A stretch of 64,000 bases of DNA from Candidatus Kaiserbacteria bacterium. GTDB lineage: Bacteria > Patescibacteriota > Minisyncoccia > Phycocordibacterales > Phycocordibacteraceae. Below are positions 9,960-20,211 of this stretch, piece after piece. Made by a program: the position numbers and the translations under genes. Below the pieces are notes generated by a model. It was not told the origin of the DNA. It saw only the letters and a program-made list of their open reading frames with translations, and did not search any database. The DNA lies in NCBI GenBank assembly GCA_023264445.1, contig JAHFMN010000002.1:2365-66364 (forward strand). The letters are read 5' to 3'. Position 1 is the stretch's first letter; each line of letters starts with the position of its first letter.

Positions 9960-12191
9960 GTGTGCATCATGAGTCGCGGCAATGGCAGAAACGGTAATGG
10001 CGCTAAGAGAGGGCGTGCGCGAGAGGAAGAAGTCAAGGAATACGATATGCTCATTCGCTATGCTTCGGCGATTGTACTCCTCGCTGCGGGTGTCTTGCTC
10101 ACTCTTTCCATATTCGGCGCTGCGGGTCCGGTCGGGACTATCGTATTCACTACCAGTTATGCCATCGTGGGGATCGGGGCGTTTCTCCTTCCTTTCGCTT
10201 TGATAGCAGTCGGTCTGTATGCGGGATTCGGACGTCCAGCGCTTGAGCCTCTTACTGCCTCCGGCCTTCTCATTACACTCGCCTCGATTCTCGCCTTTGC
10301 GGGCCTCTTTCCCGGTTCAGACTTTGGGGGGAAAGCCGGCTCGTGGGAAGGAGCTATGCTCGTCGGATTCTTCGGCTTCTGGGGAGCACTCGTCCTGCTT
10401 ATCGCTTCTATCGCCATCGGCGTCGCTATCGTGGCGGATCTCGAGGCGCTTGGAGTGCTTCTCGGCGAGAATGTACTCTCGCTGTGGCAGCGTATTCGGC
10501 CAGCACGCAGACAAGATGAAGAGGGGGAGTTGGAAGAAGAGTTTTCCGACGTCGTCGGCGTTCCAGAAGATGAGGAAGACGCATATGAAGAGGAACCGGG
10601 AGAAAATGATTCTTCAGCGGATACCGAGCCGACGATAACCGTCTTCAATCGTTCACAAGGTGCCCAAGGAACGGGCATAGCGAACTTTGATGCCGAGTAT
10701 GAGGCGCCGCCGCTCTCCATCCTCGGCGCTGATCGCGGACGCCCGGGCGTGGGAGACATAAAGGCGAATGCAAACATCATCAAGCGTACATTCCAGAACT
10801 TCGGCATTCACCTTGAAATGGATGAGGTCTCGGTCGGTCCGACTGTCACGCGATATGCAGTGAAGCCGGCTGAGGGTGTGCGTCTTTCCAAGATCGTATC
10901 GCTCGCGAATAATCTGGAGCTCGCGCTTGCGGCCCATCCGGTGCGCATTGAGGCGCCGATTCCTGGCAAATCACTCGTGGGTATCGAGGTACCAAACACA
11001 ACTAAGGCGATGGTCGGACTTGGCGGTCTTCTCTCTGCACCGGAATGGTCTGACAGCACGAAACCTCTGCTTGCCGCGCTTGGACGCGATATCACCGGCA
11101 CACCACACTATGTGAACATCGCGAAGATGCCGCACGGACTTGTCGCGGGAGCCACAGGCTCTGGAAAGTCCGTTGCTATCCATGCGCTCATTACGTCCCT
11201 CCTCTATCGGAACGGTCCGAATCAGCTGCGCTTTATCATGATTGACCCGAAGCGGGTAGAACTCACTGCCTATAACGGCATCCCGCATCTGCTTACACCA
11301 GTCATCACCGATCCAAAGAAAACCATCCTTTCCCTCAAGTGGGCGGCAAAGGAAATGGAACGTCGATACAATCTCCTTGAAGCAGAACACGTGCGCGACA
11401 TTGACTCCTATCATTCCTCCGTCTATGAGCCGGCAAAAAAGAGTCGGGCCGAAGAGATGCCTGAAGCCCTTCCCTTCATCGTCATCGTCATCGATGAGCT
11501 TGCTGACATCATGCATAGTTACCCGCGAGAGCTTGAAGCATCTATTGTGCGCCTCGCACAGATGTCGCGCGCTGTCGGCATCCATCTAGTGCTTTCGACC
11601 CAGCGTCCATCGGTCAACGTCATCACCGGCCTCATCAAGGCGAACGTGCCGACGCGCATGGCGCTCCAGGTCGCTTCACAGATCGATTCTCGCACCATTC
11701 TTGACGGCTCCGGCGCTGAGACTCTGCTTGGCGCCGGCGACATGCTCTACCTCTCAAGCGATATGCAGAAGCCAGTACGCATACAGACCGCATTCATCAG
11801 CGAAGGAGAAGTGAAAAAAGTGGTTAGTTACATCAAAAGCCACAATGTCGGCGACCTCTCAAGTATCGACCTAGGCGGATCCAGTACAAACGGAGACCAT
11901 ACCGACGTCATCGGGCTTACGCACGGTACCGGAGATGATGACGATATTGATGATGATTTGTATGAGGATGCACGGGTCGCAGTCGCAGAGGCAGGTCGCG
12001 CTTCGACTTCCTATCTGCAACGGAAACTGAAGATCGGATATTCGCGTGCCGCGCGACTAATGGATGTGCTTGAAGAACGTGGCATCATCGGCCCTGCCGA
12101 TGGCAGTAAGCCGCGCGAGGTGCTTCTACGCGGATCATCCCCTACAAGCGTCGCTTCCCAGAGCACGAAAGATGAGGAGGAATTCTTTTAG
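9960..12191 (+). CDS. ftsK: DNA translocase FtsK/SpoIIIE
   Basis: Four N-terminal TM helices, an acidic linker, Walker A GATGSGKS, Walker B VIVIDELAD, and a C-terminal gamma winged-helix domain. Confidence 0.9.
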   Translation: MCIMSRGNGRNGNGAKRGRAREEEVKEYDMLIRYASAIVLLAAGVLLTLSIFGAAGPVGTIVFTTSYAIVGIGAFLLPFALIAVGLYAGFGRPALEPLTASGLLITLASILAFAGLFPGSDFGGKAGSWEGAMLVGFFGFWGALVLLIASIAIGVAIVADLEALGVLLGENVLSLWQRIRPARRQDEEGELEEEFSDVVGVPEDEEDAYEEEPGENDSSADTEPTITVFNRSQGAQGTGIANFDAEYEAPPLSILGADRGRPGVGDIKANANIIKRTFQNFGIHLEMDEVSVGPTVTRYAVKPAEGVRLSKIVSLANNLELALAAHPVRIEAPIPGKSLVGIEVPNTTKAMVGLGGLLSAPEWSDSTKPLLAALGRDITGTPHYVNIAKMPHGLVAGATGSGKSVAIHALITSLLYRNGPNQLRFIMIDPKRVELTAYNGIPHLLTPVITDPKKTILSLKWAAKEMERRYNLLEAEHVRDIDSYHSSVYEPAKKSRAEEMPEALPFIVIVIDELADIMHSYPRELEASIVRLAQMSRAVGIHLVLSTQRPSVNVITGLIKANVPTRMALQVASQIDSRTILDGSGAETLLGAGDMLYLSSDMQKPVRIQTAFISEGEVKKVVSYIKSHNVGDLSSIDLGGSSTNGDHTDVIGLTHGTGDDDDIDDDLYEDARVAVAEAGRASTSYLQRKLKIGYSRAARLMDVLEERGIIGPADGSKPREVLLRGSSPTSVASQSTKDEEEFF

Positions 12192-12197
12192 GAGACG

Positions 12198-12533
12198 ATG
12201 ACCCAATATCTCATTGCTTTCGTTTTCATCGTTCTCATGGGATATGGACTTATCGAAGCATGGCCGCTTCTAGCGGGCCCTTCCCTCTCTATTTCCTCCC
12301 CGAAGAACGACACGCCATACCCGAGTGGAACTGTCAGCATCACCGGAGTAGCTGTACGCGCCGCAACGCTGACGCTCAATGGCGCGCCCCTTCTCCATGA
12401 GAAGAATGGACATTTCTCTTCAACGCTTACGTTTCCCCGCGGAGGGTCTATACTTACCTTCGTCGCTACCGACCGCTTTGGGCGGACGGTCATCGCGACT
12501 CGCTCTATTTTCGTACCAACCACAAACGAGTAG
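12198..12533 (+). CDS. Small membrane-anchored hypothetical protein, 111 aa, with a beta-rich ectodomain
   Basis: N-terminal TM helix; it starts 7 nt after the ftsK stop. Confidence 0.5.
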   Translation: MTQYLIAFVFIVLMGYGLIEAWPLLAGPSLSISSPKNDTPYPSGTVSITGVAVRAATLTLNGAPLLHEKNGHFSSTLTFPRGGSILTFVATDRFGRTVIATRSIFVPTTNE

Positions 12534-12553
12534 CAGCTAACCAATAACACATC

Positions 12554-13603
12554 ATGGCCTTCGGTAAACCAAAGAAAGAGAAAGTGCTTAAATCAATCAC
12601 GGCGACGAGTACGGATAAGGATGAGAAACAGAGATCTATTGAGCACGCGCTCAAGGAGATACGCACAAAATTCGGGGACGAGGCCATCACTACCTACGGT
12701 GCAGGCGCACCACAGAAGATACCGGTGATAGGAACAGGCTCTATCGGGCTTGATGCTGCTCTCGGCGTCGGCGGGCTTCCGCGCGGGCGCATCATCGAGA
12801 TATTCGGTCCGGAATCCTCCGGCAAAACAACGCTCGCACTTCATGTCATTGCCGAGGCACAAAGAACGGGTGGCATCGCCGCATTTGTCGACGCCGAACA
12901 TGCTCTTGATCCTGAATACGCTCGGCGCATCGGCGTAAAGCTTTCTGAACTCCTTATCTCCCAGCCGGACACTGGTGAACAGGCGCTCGACATCGTCGAG
13001 TCGCTCGTGCGTAGTGGTAACGTTGATGTCATCGTCATTGACTCCGTCGCAGCGCTCACGCCGAAAGATGAAATCGAGGGCGAGATGGGCCAGCAGCATG
13101 TCGGTAAGCAAGCCCGGCTCATGAGCCAGGCATTACGCAAACTGACCGCCATCGTCTCCCGTAGCAAGACCATCGTCATCTTCATCAATCAGATCCGTAT
13201 GCAGATTGGCGTCATGTTCGGCAACCCAGAGACGACGCCGGGCGGCAAGGCGCTCAAATTCTACACGTCCATACGCTTGGATATCCGCCGAATCGCATCC
13301 ATCAAGAAAGGCGAGGAAGTCGTCGGCGGCCGAGTGCGGGTGAAAGTGGTGAAGAATAAAGTTGCCGCGCCATTTAAGACGACCGAATTTGATCTCCTCT
13401 ACAACGAAGGGATTAGTCGCGAGGGCGAACTTATCGCGCTCGGTGAGAAATACGGCCTTGTTGCAAAATCGGGTTCTTCGTATGCCTTCGGGAAAACATC
13501 GCTTGGTCGCGGGTATGACGCATCACGCACCTTCCTGCACAGCAATAAGGACGTTTCAAAAGAACTGCTCAAGCAGATACGAGAAAAGCTCGCAGAAGGA
13601 TGA
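12554..13603 (+). CDS. recA: Recombinase RecA
   Basis: 349 aa; Walker [10 protein letters not shown]; conserved RecA core throughout. Confidence 0.97.
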   Translation: MAFGKPKKEKVLKSITATSTDKDEKQRSIEHALKEIRTKFGDEAITTYGAGAPQKIPVIGTGSIGLDAALGVGGLPRGRIIEIFGPESSGKTTLALHVIAEAQRTGGIAAFVDAEHALDPEYARRIGVKLSELLISQPDTGEQALDIVESLVRSGNVDVIVIDSVAALTPKDEIEGEMGQQHVGKQARLMSQALRKLTAIVSRSKTIVIFINQIRMQIGVMFGNPETTPGGKALKFYTSIRLDIRRIASIKKGEEVVGGRVRVKVVKNKVAAPFKTTEFDLLYNEGISREGELIALGEKYGLVAKSGSSYAFGKTSLGRGYDASRTFLHSNKDVSKELLKQIREKLAEG

Positions 13604-13646
13604 TCGCTGCAACCTCTCCCTCCCCCATCTTGTTCTATAGACCAAG

Positions 13647-14516
13647 ATGAAGATTGGATTTATTGGGCAGGGATGGATTGGGAAGAACTATGCAGATGAT
13701 TTTCAGGCGCGCGGCTACGATGTTGTCCGGTATGCGCTCGAAGAACCATATGTCGCAAACAAAGGAAAGATTGCTCTTTGCGATATTGTGTTCATTGCCG
13801 TCCCGACGCCGACAACGCCCGATGGATTCGATTACTCGTCCATCCGCAATGTACTACCGCTCGTAGGCAAGGGGAAGACTGTTGTCATAAAATCAACGAT
13901 ACTCCCCGGCACGACTGAAGCGCTGCAAAAACTTTTCCCGAATCTTTTCATACTGCACAGTCCGGAATTCCTCGTCGAATCCTCCGCCGCCTATGATGCG
14001 GCACATCCTAATCGCAATATCATCGGTATCCCTATACAGGACGCCTTGTACCGCGAAAAAGCCGAGAAAGTGCTCCAAGTCCTCCCCGATGCGCCATACG
14101 CGAAGATCATGGCCGCACGAGACGCCGAGTTTGTGAAATATGCCGGCAACTGTTTCCTCTTTACTAAGGTCATGTTCATGAATCTGCTCCACGACGTTGT
14201 CATCGCGACAGGTTCTGATTGGGCGGGCGTACGCGAAGCGCTTATCCATGATCCGCGCATCGGGACGAGCCACACCGAGCCCGTGCATAAGAGCAGACAG
14301 GGGGCGAAAAGCGGGCGGGGAGCGGGCGGCCATTGTTTCATCAAGGACTTCGAAGTATTCCGAGAGATGTATCGTGCGAACGTGCCCGATGCATATGGAA
14401 ATGCCTTACTCGCTGCCCTAAAGGACAAGAACATCGAATTACTCGTAAACTCGAAAAAGGATATCGATCTGCTCGAAGGAGTATACGGTGATATTAGTGG
14501 TTATATGCACTCTTAG
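13647..14516 (+). CDS. Nucleotide-sugar dehydrogenase family protein (UDP-glucose/GDP-mannose dehydrogenase-like), short form of 289 aa
   Basis: N-terminal Rossmann motif MKIGFIGQGWIGKNYA and a catalytic-Cys motif GGHCFIKD. The C-terminal UDP-binding domain appears to be missing. Confidence 0.65.
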   Translation: MKIGFIGQGWIGKNYADDFQARGYDVVRYALEEPYVANKGKIALCDIVFIAVPTPTTPDGFDYSSIRNVLPLVGKGKTVVIKSTILPGTTEALQKLFPNLFILHSPEFLVESSAAYDAAHPNRNIIGIPIQDALYREKAEKVLQVLPDAPYAKIMAARDAEFVKYAGNCFLFTKVMFMNLLHDVVIATGSDWAGVREALIHDPRIGTSHTEPVHKSRQGAKSGRGAGGHCFIKDFEVFREMYRANVPDAYGNALLAALKDKNIELLVNSKKDIDLLEGVYGDISGYMHS

Positions 14517-14854
14517 GCGGCTTTTGCGGCGGAAATGAAGGCGAGCGCGCGAACAATCTCGCGGGCAACAAAGAAGAGCGCAGCGAGTGCCAACAGCACG
14601 AGTACCTGCACAAGCAGATGCGTATGCATGAATGCTGCGAGATAGAAACCGGGGAGATTGAGCACGTCCGTCGGGGCATTCTGCAGCACATGCGCTACCC
14701 ATACTTCCCTGCCGATGCCCCAGAGTGCGAGAAGTGATATGAGCGTAGAGAATACGCCGCTTGAAATAGCAAACCGGAGCGCGCGAATGAGGTGCACGCG
14801 CTGCATCACGATGCGTTCAATGTTTGTCTGTTCATTCATAGTGTTGTTCATCAT
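14513..14854 (-). CDS. Putative anti-sigma factor / small membrane protein, 113 aa
   Basis: Two TM helices; overlaps the 3' end of the upstream ECF sigma gene by about 23 nt and is co-directional. Confidence 0.45.
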   Translation of the reverse strand: MMNNTMNEQTNIERIVMQRVHLIRALRFAISSGVFSTLISLLALWGIGREVWVAHVLQNAPTDVLNLPGFYLAAFMHTHLLVQVLVLLALAALFFVAREIVRALAFISAAKAA

Positions 14855-15425
14855 ACGCCTGTTTGAAGAGTTTTTTAGCGCGATGCACGCGAGTTTTTAC
14901 CGCTGGAATCGAAAGCTGCTCCGCCTCTGCGATTTCCTCCTGACTTTTCCCTTCTATAAATTGCATCCGTAGGATTTTTGCTGCGGTTTCGGGAAGCTTC
15001 GCGAGTGCCGTGATAACCTCATTCCGTATCGAAAGGTCCTCGAGAAATTCCGCCCGTGCGTCTGGCAATGATTCATAGTGTTCGGGTTCGAGCTCCGCAC
15101 GCTTCCCCCGCTCGATGCTCTGTGCACGATATTTCGTGTACGCAACGCGATTCAGGATGGTGTACGCCCACGAGGAAAAGCTCGCCCCCTCCTGCGGATG
15201 GTACTTATCCGCGTAGAGGTACATCTTAGTGAAGGCATCTTGCACCACCTCCTCGGCATCTTCGGGACTCTTGAGGATGGTCCGGGCTCTCCGCAGAAGC
15301 GCTGCTTCGTAGCGGCGGACGAGTACCGCAAAGAGGTCTGGTTCCTTCTGGGAACGAGCTAATACCTCGGCATCGGGGAGATTCGAGAGTTCGGTGGTTG
15401 AAAAAGCCATTATGTCTGCTAGCAT
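14832..15425 (-). CDS. ECF-type RNA polymerase sigma factor (sigma-70 family regions 2 and 4)
   Basis: 197 aa. Region 2 DAEEVVQDAFTKMY; region 4 SQEEIAEAEQLSIPAVKTRVHRAKKLFK. Confidence 0.85.
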   Translation of the reverse strand: MLADIMAFSTTELSNLPDAEVLARSQKEPDLFAVLVRRYEAALLRRARTILKSPEDAEEVVQDAFTKMYLYADKYHPQEGASFSSWAYTILNRVAYTKYRAQSIERGKRAELEPEHYESLPDARAEFLEDLSIRNEVITALAKLPETAAKILRMQFIEGKSQEEIAEAEQLSIPAVKTRVHRAKKLFKQAYDEQHYE

Positions 15426-15491
15426 ACACGAATTCCCGTCCTGACGGGATACTTTTTATAACTCACTTTATCCAGCACTTGTTACAAGCAT

Positions 15492-16067
15492 ATGGCCGTC
15501 CTCTCATATAACGAAATACTTCCGAAGACCATCATCAACTACAACGACGAGCCGTATGAAGTGCTCTCGTCGCATATCTTCCGCATGCAAATGCGTAAGC
15601 CCGTGAACCAGACAAAATTGCGCCAACTTGTGGGTGGCAAGGTCATTGAAATATCGTTCCACCAGAATGAGACAGTTACTGAAGCAGAAACCGATAAGAT
15701 GCAGGCGCAGTATCTCTACTCTAACCGCGGCGAGAGCTGGTTTGCCGAGGAAGGGAATGCGAAGAATCGCTTTTCATTTCCTGAAAATCAGGTGCACGAC
15801 AAAGTGCAGTGGCTCGTACCAAACACTTCAGTCGAAGTGCTCACGTATGAAGAGAAGCCGATGGCCATCAAAATACCCGTAAAAGTAGACCTTGAAGTGA
15901 AGGACGCACCACCGGCCGTCAAAGGCAATACCGTTTCAGGAGGCTCGAAACTTGTCATTCTCGCAACGGGTGCAAAAGTAAATGTGCCGCTTTTCATCAA
16001 TACGGGCGACGTCGTGCGCATTAACACCGATACGGGCGAATACACTGAACGCGTTGAGAAAGCATAG
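15492..16067 (+). CDS. efp: Elongation factor P
   Basis: 191 aa with three OB/KOW-like domains matching the EF-P pattern. Confidence 0.88.
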   Translation: MAVLSYNEILPKTIINYNDEPYEVLSSHIFRMQMRKPVNQTKLRQLVGGKVIEISFHQNETVTEAETDKMQAQYLYSNRGESWFAEEGNAKNRFSFPENQVHDKVQWLVPNTSVEVLTYEEKPMAIKIPVKVDLEVKDAPPAVKGNTVSGGSKLVILATGAKVNVPLFINTGDVVRINTDTGEYTERVEKA

Positions 16068-16081
16068 CGACACAGAAAATT

Positions 16082-16125
16082 AAAAAGAGGGAGTAGGCCT
16101 GGGGCCCGGAGCGCTCCCTCTTTTT
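16082..16125. terminator. Bidirectional intrinsic terminator between efp (+) and rpsR (-): AAAAAGAGGGAG-loop-CTCCCTCTTTTT
   Basis: Perfect 12-nt inverted repeat flanked by A and T runs. Confidence 0.65.
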
Positions 16126-16144
16126 AATTTACCTGTGGATTCCT

Positions 16145-16351
16145 TTATGCGGCAACGTAGGGGAGGAGTGCCATATAGCGAGCGCGCTTTATGGCTTGTA
16201 CGATATCGCGCTGCTTCGCAGCCGGGATGCCAGTGCGTTTCTTGGAAAGAATTTTCGCGTGAGGATTTGTAAACAGTTTCAGATACGCGACATCCTTGTA
16301 GTCGATAAATTTCTTGATTTCTACTTCTTCGCGTTCAGCTTGATAGGCCAT
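16145..16351 (-). CDS. rpsR: 30S ribosomal protein S18
   Basis: 68 aa; IDYKDVAYLKLF...KQRDIVQAIKRARYMALLPY. Confidence 0.9.
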   Translation of the reverse strand: MAYQAEREEVEIKKFIDYKDVAYLKLFTNPHAKILSKKRTGIPAAKQRDIVQAIKRARYMALLPYVAA

Positions 16352-16382
16352 GTTGAATAATTGCTATTTAAACCTAAATAAA

Positions 16383-16832
16383 TTAGAAGGGAATATCTTC
16401 CGGATTAATCTCTTCATCGGGATATTTGATTGCTTCGGCATCGCTCGGAGCCGGCTGTTCCCCGTGAGAGTCTTGCCCTGCTCCGGAACCCCCGCCCTTG
16501 CCACCATCGGCACCGAACTGGAAGGTATCCACGACAATTTCAGTACGATAATTCTTCTTGCCGCTCTCCTTATCGTCCCACGAGCGAGTCTGGATCCGTC
16601 CCTCGACGAAGATGGGGCGCCCTTTCTTCATGTACTGCGCGATGACTTCCGCCGTGCGGCCGAAGGCGACGACGTTGTGAAATTCCGTTGCCTCCTGCTT
16701 AGCTCCGCTTTTGTCCTTAAAGGTACGGTTCGTCGCTATGCCGAAGTTCACGACCTGCCCTCCAGACGGAAGTGCTTTCAGCTCCGGATCGCGGGTGAGG
16801 TTACCGTAGAGAAATGCCTTGTTAAGATACAT
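16383..16832 (-). CDS. ssb: Single-stranded DNA-binding protein
   Basis: OB-fold core and acidic C-terminal tail ending DIPF; start taken at MYLNKAFLYGNL. Confidence 0.9.
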   Translation of the reverse strand: MYLNKAFLYGNLTRDPELKALPSGGQVVNFGIATNRTFKDKSGAKQEATEFHNVVAFGRTAEVIAQYMKKGRPIFVEGRIQTRSWDDKESGKKNYRTEIVVDTFQFGADGGKGGGSGAGQDSHGEQPAPSDAEAIKYPDEEINPEDIPF

Positions 16833-16839
16833 GATTGAA

Positions 16840-17331
16840 TTATACCGCAGCGTTCTCGAGAGCTGCGTCGAGCTCGGTGCCGAGAACCGCATCCACGTCT
16901 TCAGTGCGCTCCGAAGTCTTCAAGGAGAGTTCGCGCATTTCTACGGCATGACGAGCAGCATCTTTCGTCGTCAGGATATCGATGAAACGAATGATACGCT
17001 TATCGGCATGTGCCACAGAAAGAATCTCCGCATGTTCCGGCGCTACAGTTTCGTAGGCAATCCAGGAAAAATAAGCGGAGTCAAAATCGCGCCGGCCGGA
17101 GGTCTCTTGGCGGGAGATGGTGTAAGCGAGCTGCACCATGTGCGGCTCGCCCTCGGCGACGAGGGTGCCCTTCCCCGAAATGAGTTCGCGGACCGCCTGG
17201 TAGGCCTTCTTTACCTCCTCGCTCGGAAGCTCGGGGTCGAGATGGAAGCCAAGCTCATATACGCGGGGATCTCCACCCACGTCTTCAAACGATTCATCTA
17301 CGCGCATCTGCGCATCCTGTTCCTTCGCCAT
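16840..17331 (-). CDS. rpsF: 30S ribosomal protein S6 with an acidic C-terminal extension
   Basis: YELGFHLDPELPSEEVKKAYQAVRELI motif; canonical rpsF-ssb-rpsR arrangement. Confidence 0.85.
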   Translation of the reverse strand: MAKEQDAQMRVDESFEDVGGDPRVYELGFHLDPELPSEEVKKAYQAVRELISGKGTLVAEGEPHMVQLAYTISRQETSGRRDFDSAYFSWIAYETVAPEHAEILSVAHADKRIIRFIDILTTKDAARHAVEMRELSLKTSERTEDVDAVLGTELDAALENAAV

Positions 17332-17340
17332 AGTGGCGCT

Positions 17341-17369
17341 ATCCTAGCACGGGATTTTAGTGCTCGCAA
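17341..17369 (-). promoter_or_regulatory. Putative promoter for rpsF-ssb-rpsR: -35 TTGCGA, 17 nt spacer, -10 TAGGAT
   Basis: Read on the minus strand just upstream of rpsF; it overlaps the tatD 3' end. Confidence 0.3.
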
Positions 17370-17375
17370 GAACGA

Positions 17376-18194
17376 TTACGACGTCCTTGCACCAGGCATA
17401 TTGAACATGCGATATGCGTTTGAAAGAAGTGCTGCACGGACAGTCTCGAGGTCTTCGCCTCTGATGTCTGCAATCTTAGCCACAACGTCCTGCACGGCAA
17501 GCGGGTCGTTTCTCGAGCCGCGCGCTCGATTGGTCGGCGGCACATAGGGAGAGTCCGTCTCTGAGAGGACGCTCGAAAGCGGGATGGCTCTGATAACTTC
17601 ATCATAGTCGCGCGCAAAAGTTATAACCGCTGTGAAAGAAAGTGTGAAGTCGAGGGCAGCGAGTGCCTGCGCTTCAGGGATGCCACCAACAAAGAAATGA
17701 ATATCCCCTCGCAGATTCGGATGAATGCGCTTTGCTTCCGTCAGGATTGAAATCAAATCGTGATAGGCGTCCTGCGTGCCCTTGCTCGGGCGCGAGTGGA
17801 TGATGAGCGGCTTATCGAGCTCCGCAGCAAGTGCTATCTGGTCCTGCAGTATTGCCTTTTGTTTACGCTTCACTTCATCATTTACCTCTATTGGACGGAA
17901 GTAGTCTAATCCGCACTCCCCTATCGCAACGACTTTTGCGCTCTTCGCGAGCGTGCGGTACTGCTCGACCTCATACCATTCGTCGCCTTCTCGGTTCGGG
18001 TGGAGCCCGATCGAAGCGAACAGATGGTCATGCCTCTCGGCAAGCGCTACCGCACGCTTTGAAGATTCGAGATCGACGCCGACGACGATGCCGAGAACGC
18101 CTTCATGGCGCATTCGTTCAATAAGCTCCTCATCGTCTGATGCGTATTGGTCAAACTGGATATGGCAATGCACGTCGGCATACTTTGCTTGCAT
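17376..18194 (-). CDS. tatD: TatD-family metal-dependent hydrolase/DNase
   Basis: His-rich metal site MQAKYADVHCHIQFD and a GECGLDY motif; start taken at the internal ATG. Confidence 0.85.
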   Translation of the reverse strand: MQAKYADVHCHIQFDQYASDDEELIERMRHEGVLGIVVGVDLESSKRAVALAERHDHLFASIGLHPNREGDEWYEVEQYRTLAKSAKVVAIGECGLDYFRPIEVNDEVKRKQKAILQDQIALAAELDKPLIIHSRPSKGTQDAYHDLISILTEAKRIHPNLRGDIHFFVGGIPEAQALAALDFTLSFTAVITFARDYDEVIRAIPLSSVLSETDSPYVPPTNRARGSRNDPLAVQDVVAKIADIRGEDLETVRAALLSNAYRMFNMPGARTS

Positions 18195-18261
18195 GGGCGC
18201 ACGATAGCATAAAAACAAAAGGCGGCTCGATGCTCGAGCCGCCTGCCTGAACTTGAGATGC

Positions 18262-18735
18262 TTACTCCCCCTCCCCGATCCATCGACCCACCTTCTCGTT
18301 TGCCTTGTCGAAAAGGTAGAGAGCCCCGCCGACCGGTAACGCGCAAACCGTAAGGTACAAGAGCGTTTCCCTGAAAAGGCGCCTTCGTGCCCTGACGATT
18401 AACGCGGCCGCAAATGCGAACGCGATGCTGCACAGGGCACTGAAAATCGCAAGGACTGCCACCACATGGGTGAATAGCATGGATGTCGCAAAAAGCGACG
18501 ACATCGCGACTAAGACACCTATGTTGTCCCGGTAAATCAAAGCCGCGCATACCATGACGACGCTTGCCCATGTGGCAGCAACGACCAAGGCCGTCGGAAA
18601 CGAGTACCCATCCACGATGTTGTAGATGAGAACCCCGAAAATAACCTGGGGAGCCAAAATCCATGCCCCCCACTTCCCAAGAATTTCCATGAGACTCCCC
18701 CGATAGGTACGACTCACGCGGCGCGCGAGTTCCAA
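18262..18735 (-). CDS. Hypothetical polytopic membrane protein, about 157 aa
   Basis: Four predicted TM helices. Confidence 0.45.
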   Translation of the reverse strand: MELARRVSRTYRGSLMEILGKWGAWILAPQVIFGVLIYNIVDGYSFPTALVVAATWASVVMVCAALIYRDNIGVLVAMSSLFATSMLFTHVVAVLAIFSALCSIAFAFAAALIVRARRRLFRETLLYLTVCALPVGGALYLFDKANEKVGRWIGEGE

Positions 18736-18765
18736 GTTAAATTATGGGCTATAGATAACAATTTG

Positions 18766-20205
18766 TCAAATCCGCGGAAAGAGGTTCTCGGGTTTTTTAT
18801 GTATACGCACTGCCTCACTTATTTGTGCACTCGTGCTGGGCATGAAGGACTCAAGTTCAATGGAGGTTGCGTGCAACTCTCTTACCAATTTCTTGATGAT
18901 TGAAAGAGCTTTCTCGCGAATAGCACCATCATCGGATTTAACACCCGCAAAAGGCTTCTCGAGTGCAATAAGAGCATCATCATGTCCGATACGTTCCCAA
19001 ATACCATCCATCGCACGACCAAACTCAAAAACTTCCACATGAGCGGCAACTGAAACATCCGGCTCGGTCTCTCCGGTTATTTCTACTGGACCTTCAAGAT
19101 AGGCCACAGCCATTTGCATCACGCGAGCGACGAGATTGCCAAGGCCGTTAGTAAGATTTGCTGTGTACCATTCATCGAGCCGTTCCCAGGTAACATCCGA
19201 ATCCTCCATCGGATTCACATGCCGCAAAAGCAAATAGCGCGTTGCGTCGGTACCGTATTTTTTCACCAAATCGTATGGATTGATGACATTGCCGAGCGAT
19301 TTACTCATCTTCTGCCCTCCCGAGTTTATGAAACCATGATAGAAGACTCGGTCGGTATTCTTGATGCCTGCAGATATAAGCATGGCTTGCCAGATAAGCG
19401 ACTGGAATCGTACTTGATCCTTCCCCGCTACTTGGAGCGTCGTGCCCTCTTCCCAAAATTTCTTGAAGGTTCCTTCAGAATCGTTTGGCCAACCAAGTGT
19501 CGAAATATAGCCTGTCAGAGCATCAAACCACACATACATCACTTGAGAATCATCCCCAGGAACCGGAATACCCCAAGAAAGGCGTGCTTTCTCGCGGGAG
19601 ATGCTGAAATCTTCGAGACCGCCTTTCACGAACGCGATAGCTTCTTCGCGGCGCCAGTCAGGAATGATGCTATCCGGGCGAGACAAATGTGTAAGGAGCT
19701 GATCGGCATATTTTGAAAAGCGGAAGAAATAATTCTCTTCGGTTATCTCCTGCAGTTCGAGAGTTGTATGGATACTGCAGTGGCCGTCCACTATCTCTTT
19801 CTCCGTCTTGTATGATTCGCACCCGACGCAATAGAGGCCCGTGTACGACTTTTTATAGATGTCGCCTGACGCGTCGCAACGGCGCCACATCTCTTGTGCG
19901 GCACTGACGTGTTCCGGACTCGAAGTACGGATGAAATGCAGAGCATCAAGATTGAGGGATTCTTTCAGCTTCTTGAATTCGTTTGCGTAGTGATCAACAT
20001 AGGTGTGCACCTCCTGCCCGGCTTTCTCTGCAGCTTCAAGGATCTTCTGCCCATGCTCATCAGTACCGGTATTGAAAAATACTTCATCCCCTGCGGCGCG
20101 CCAGGTGCGTGCGAGCACATCGGCCTGCACGATTTCAACTGCAAATCCGATATGCGGATCGGCATTCACATACGGCAGCGTAGTAGTGATGTAGCGCGCA
20201 CTCAT
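18766..20205 (-). CDS. metG: Methionyl-tRNA synthetase, short form of 479 aa that lacks the C-terminal tRNA-binding domain
   Basis: HIGF (HIGH variant), CVGC zinc knuckle, KMSKS. Confidence 0.95.
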   Translation of the reverse strand: MSARYITTTLPYVNADPHIGFAVEIVQADVLARTWRAAGDEVFFNTGTDEHGQKILEAAEKAGQEVHTYVDHYANEFKKLKESLNLDALHFIRTSSPEHVSAAQEMWRRCDASGDIYKKSYTGLYCVGCESYKTEKEIVDGHCSIHTTLELQEITEENYFFRFSKYADQLLTHLSRPDSIIPDWRREEAIAFVKGGLEDFSISREKARLSWGIPVPGDDSQVMYVWFDALTGYISTLGWPNDSEGTFKKFWEEGTTLQVAGKDQVRFQSLIWQAMLISAGIKNTDRVFYHGFINSGGQKMSKSLGNVINPYDLVKKYGTDATRYLLLRHVNPMEDSDVTWERLDEWYTANLTNGLGNLVARVMQMAVAYLEGPVEITGETEPDVSVAAHVEVFEFGRAMDGIWERIGHDDALIALEKPFAGVKSDDGAIREKALSIIKKLVRELHATSIELESFMPSTSAQISEAVRIHKKPENLFPRI

Positions 20206-20211
20206 GCGAAA

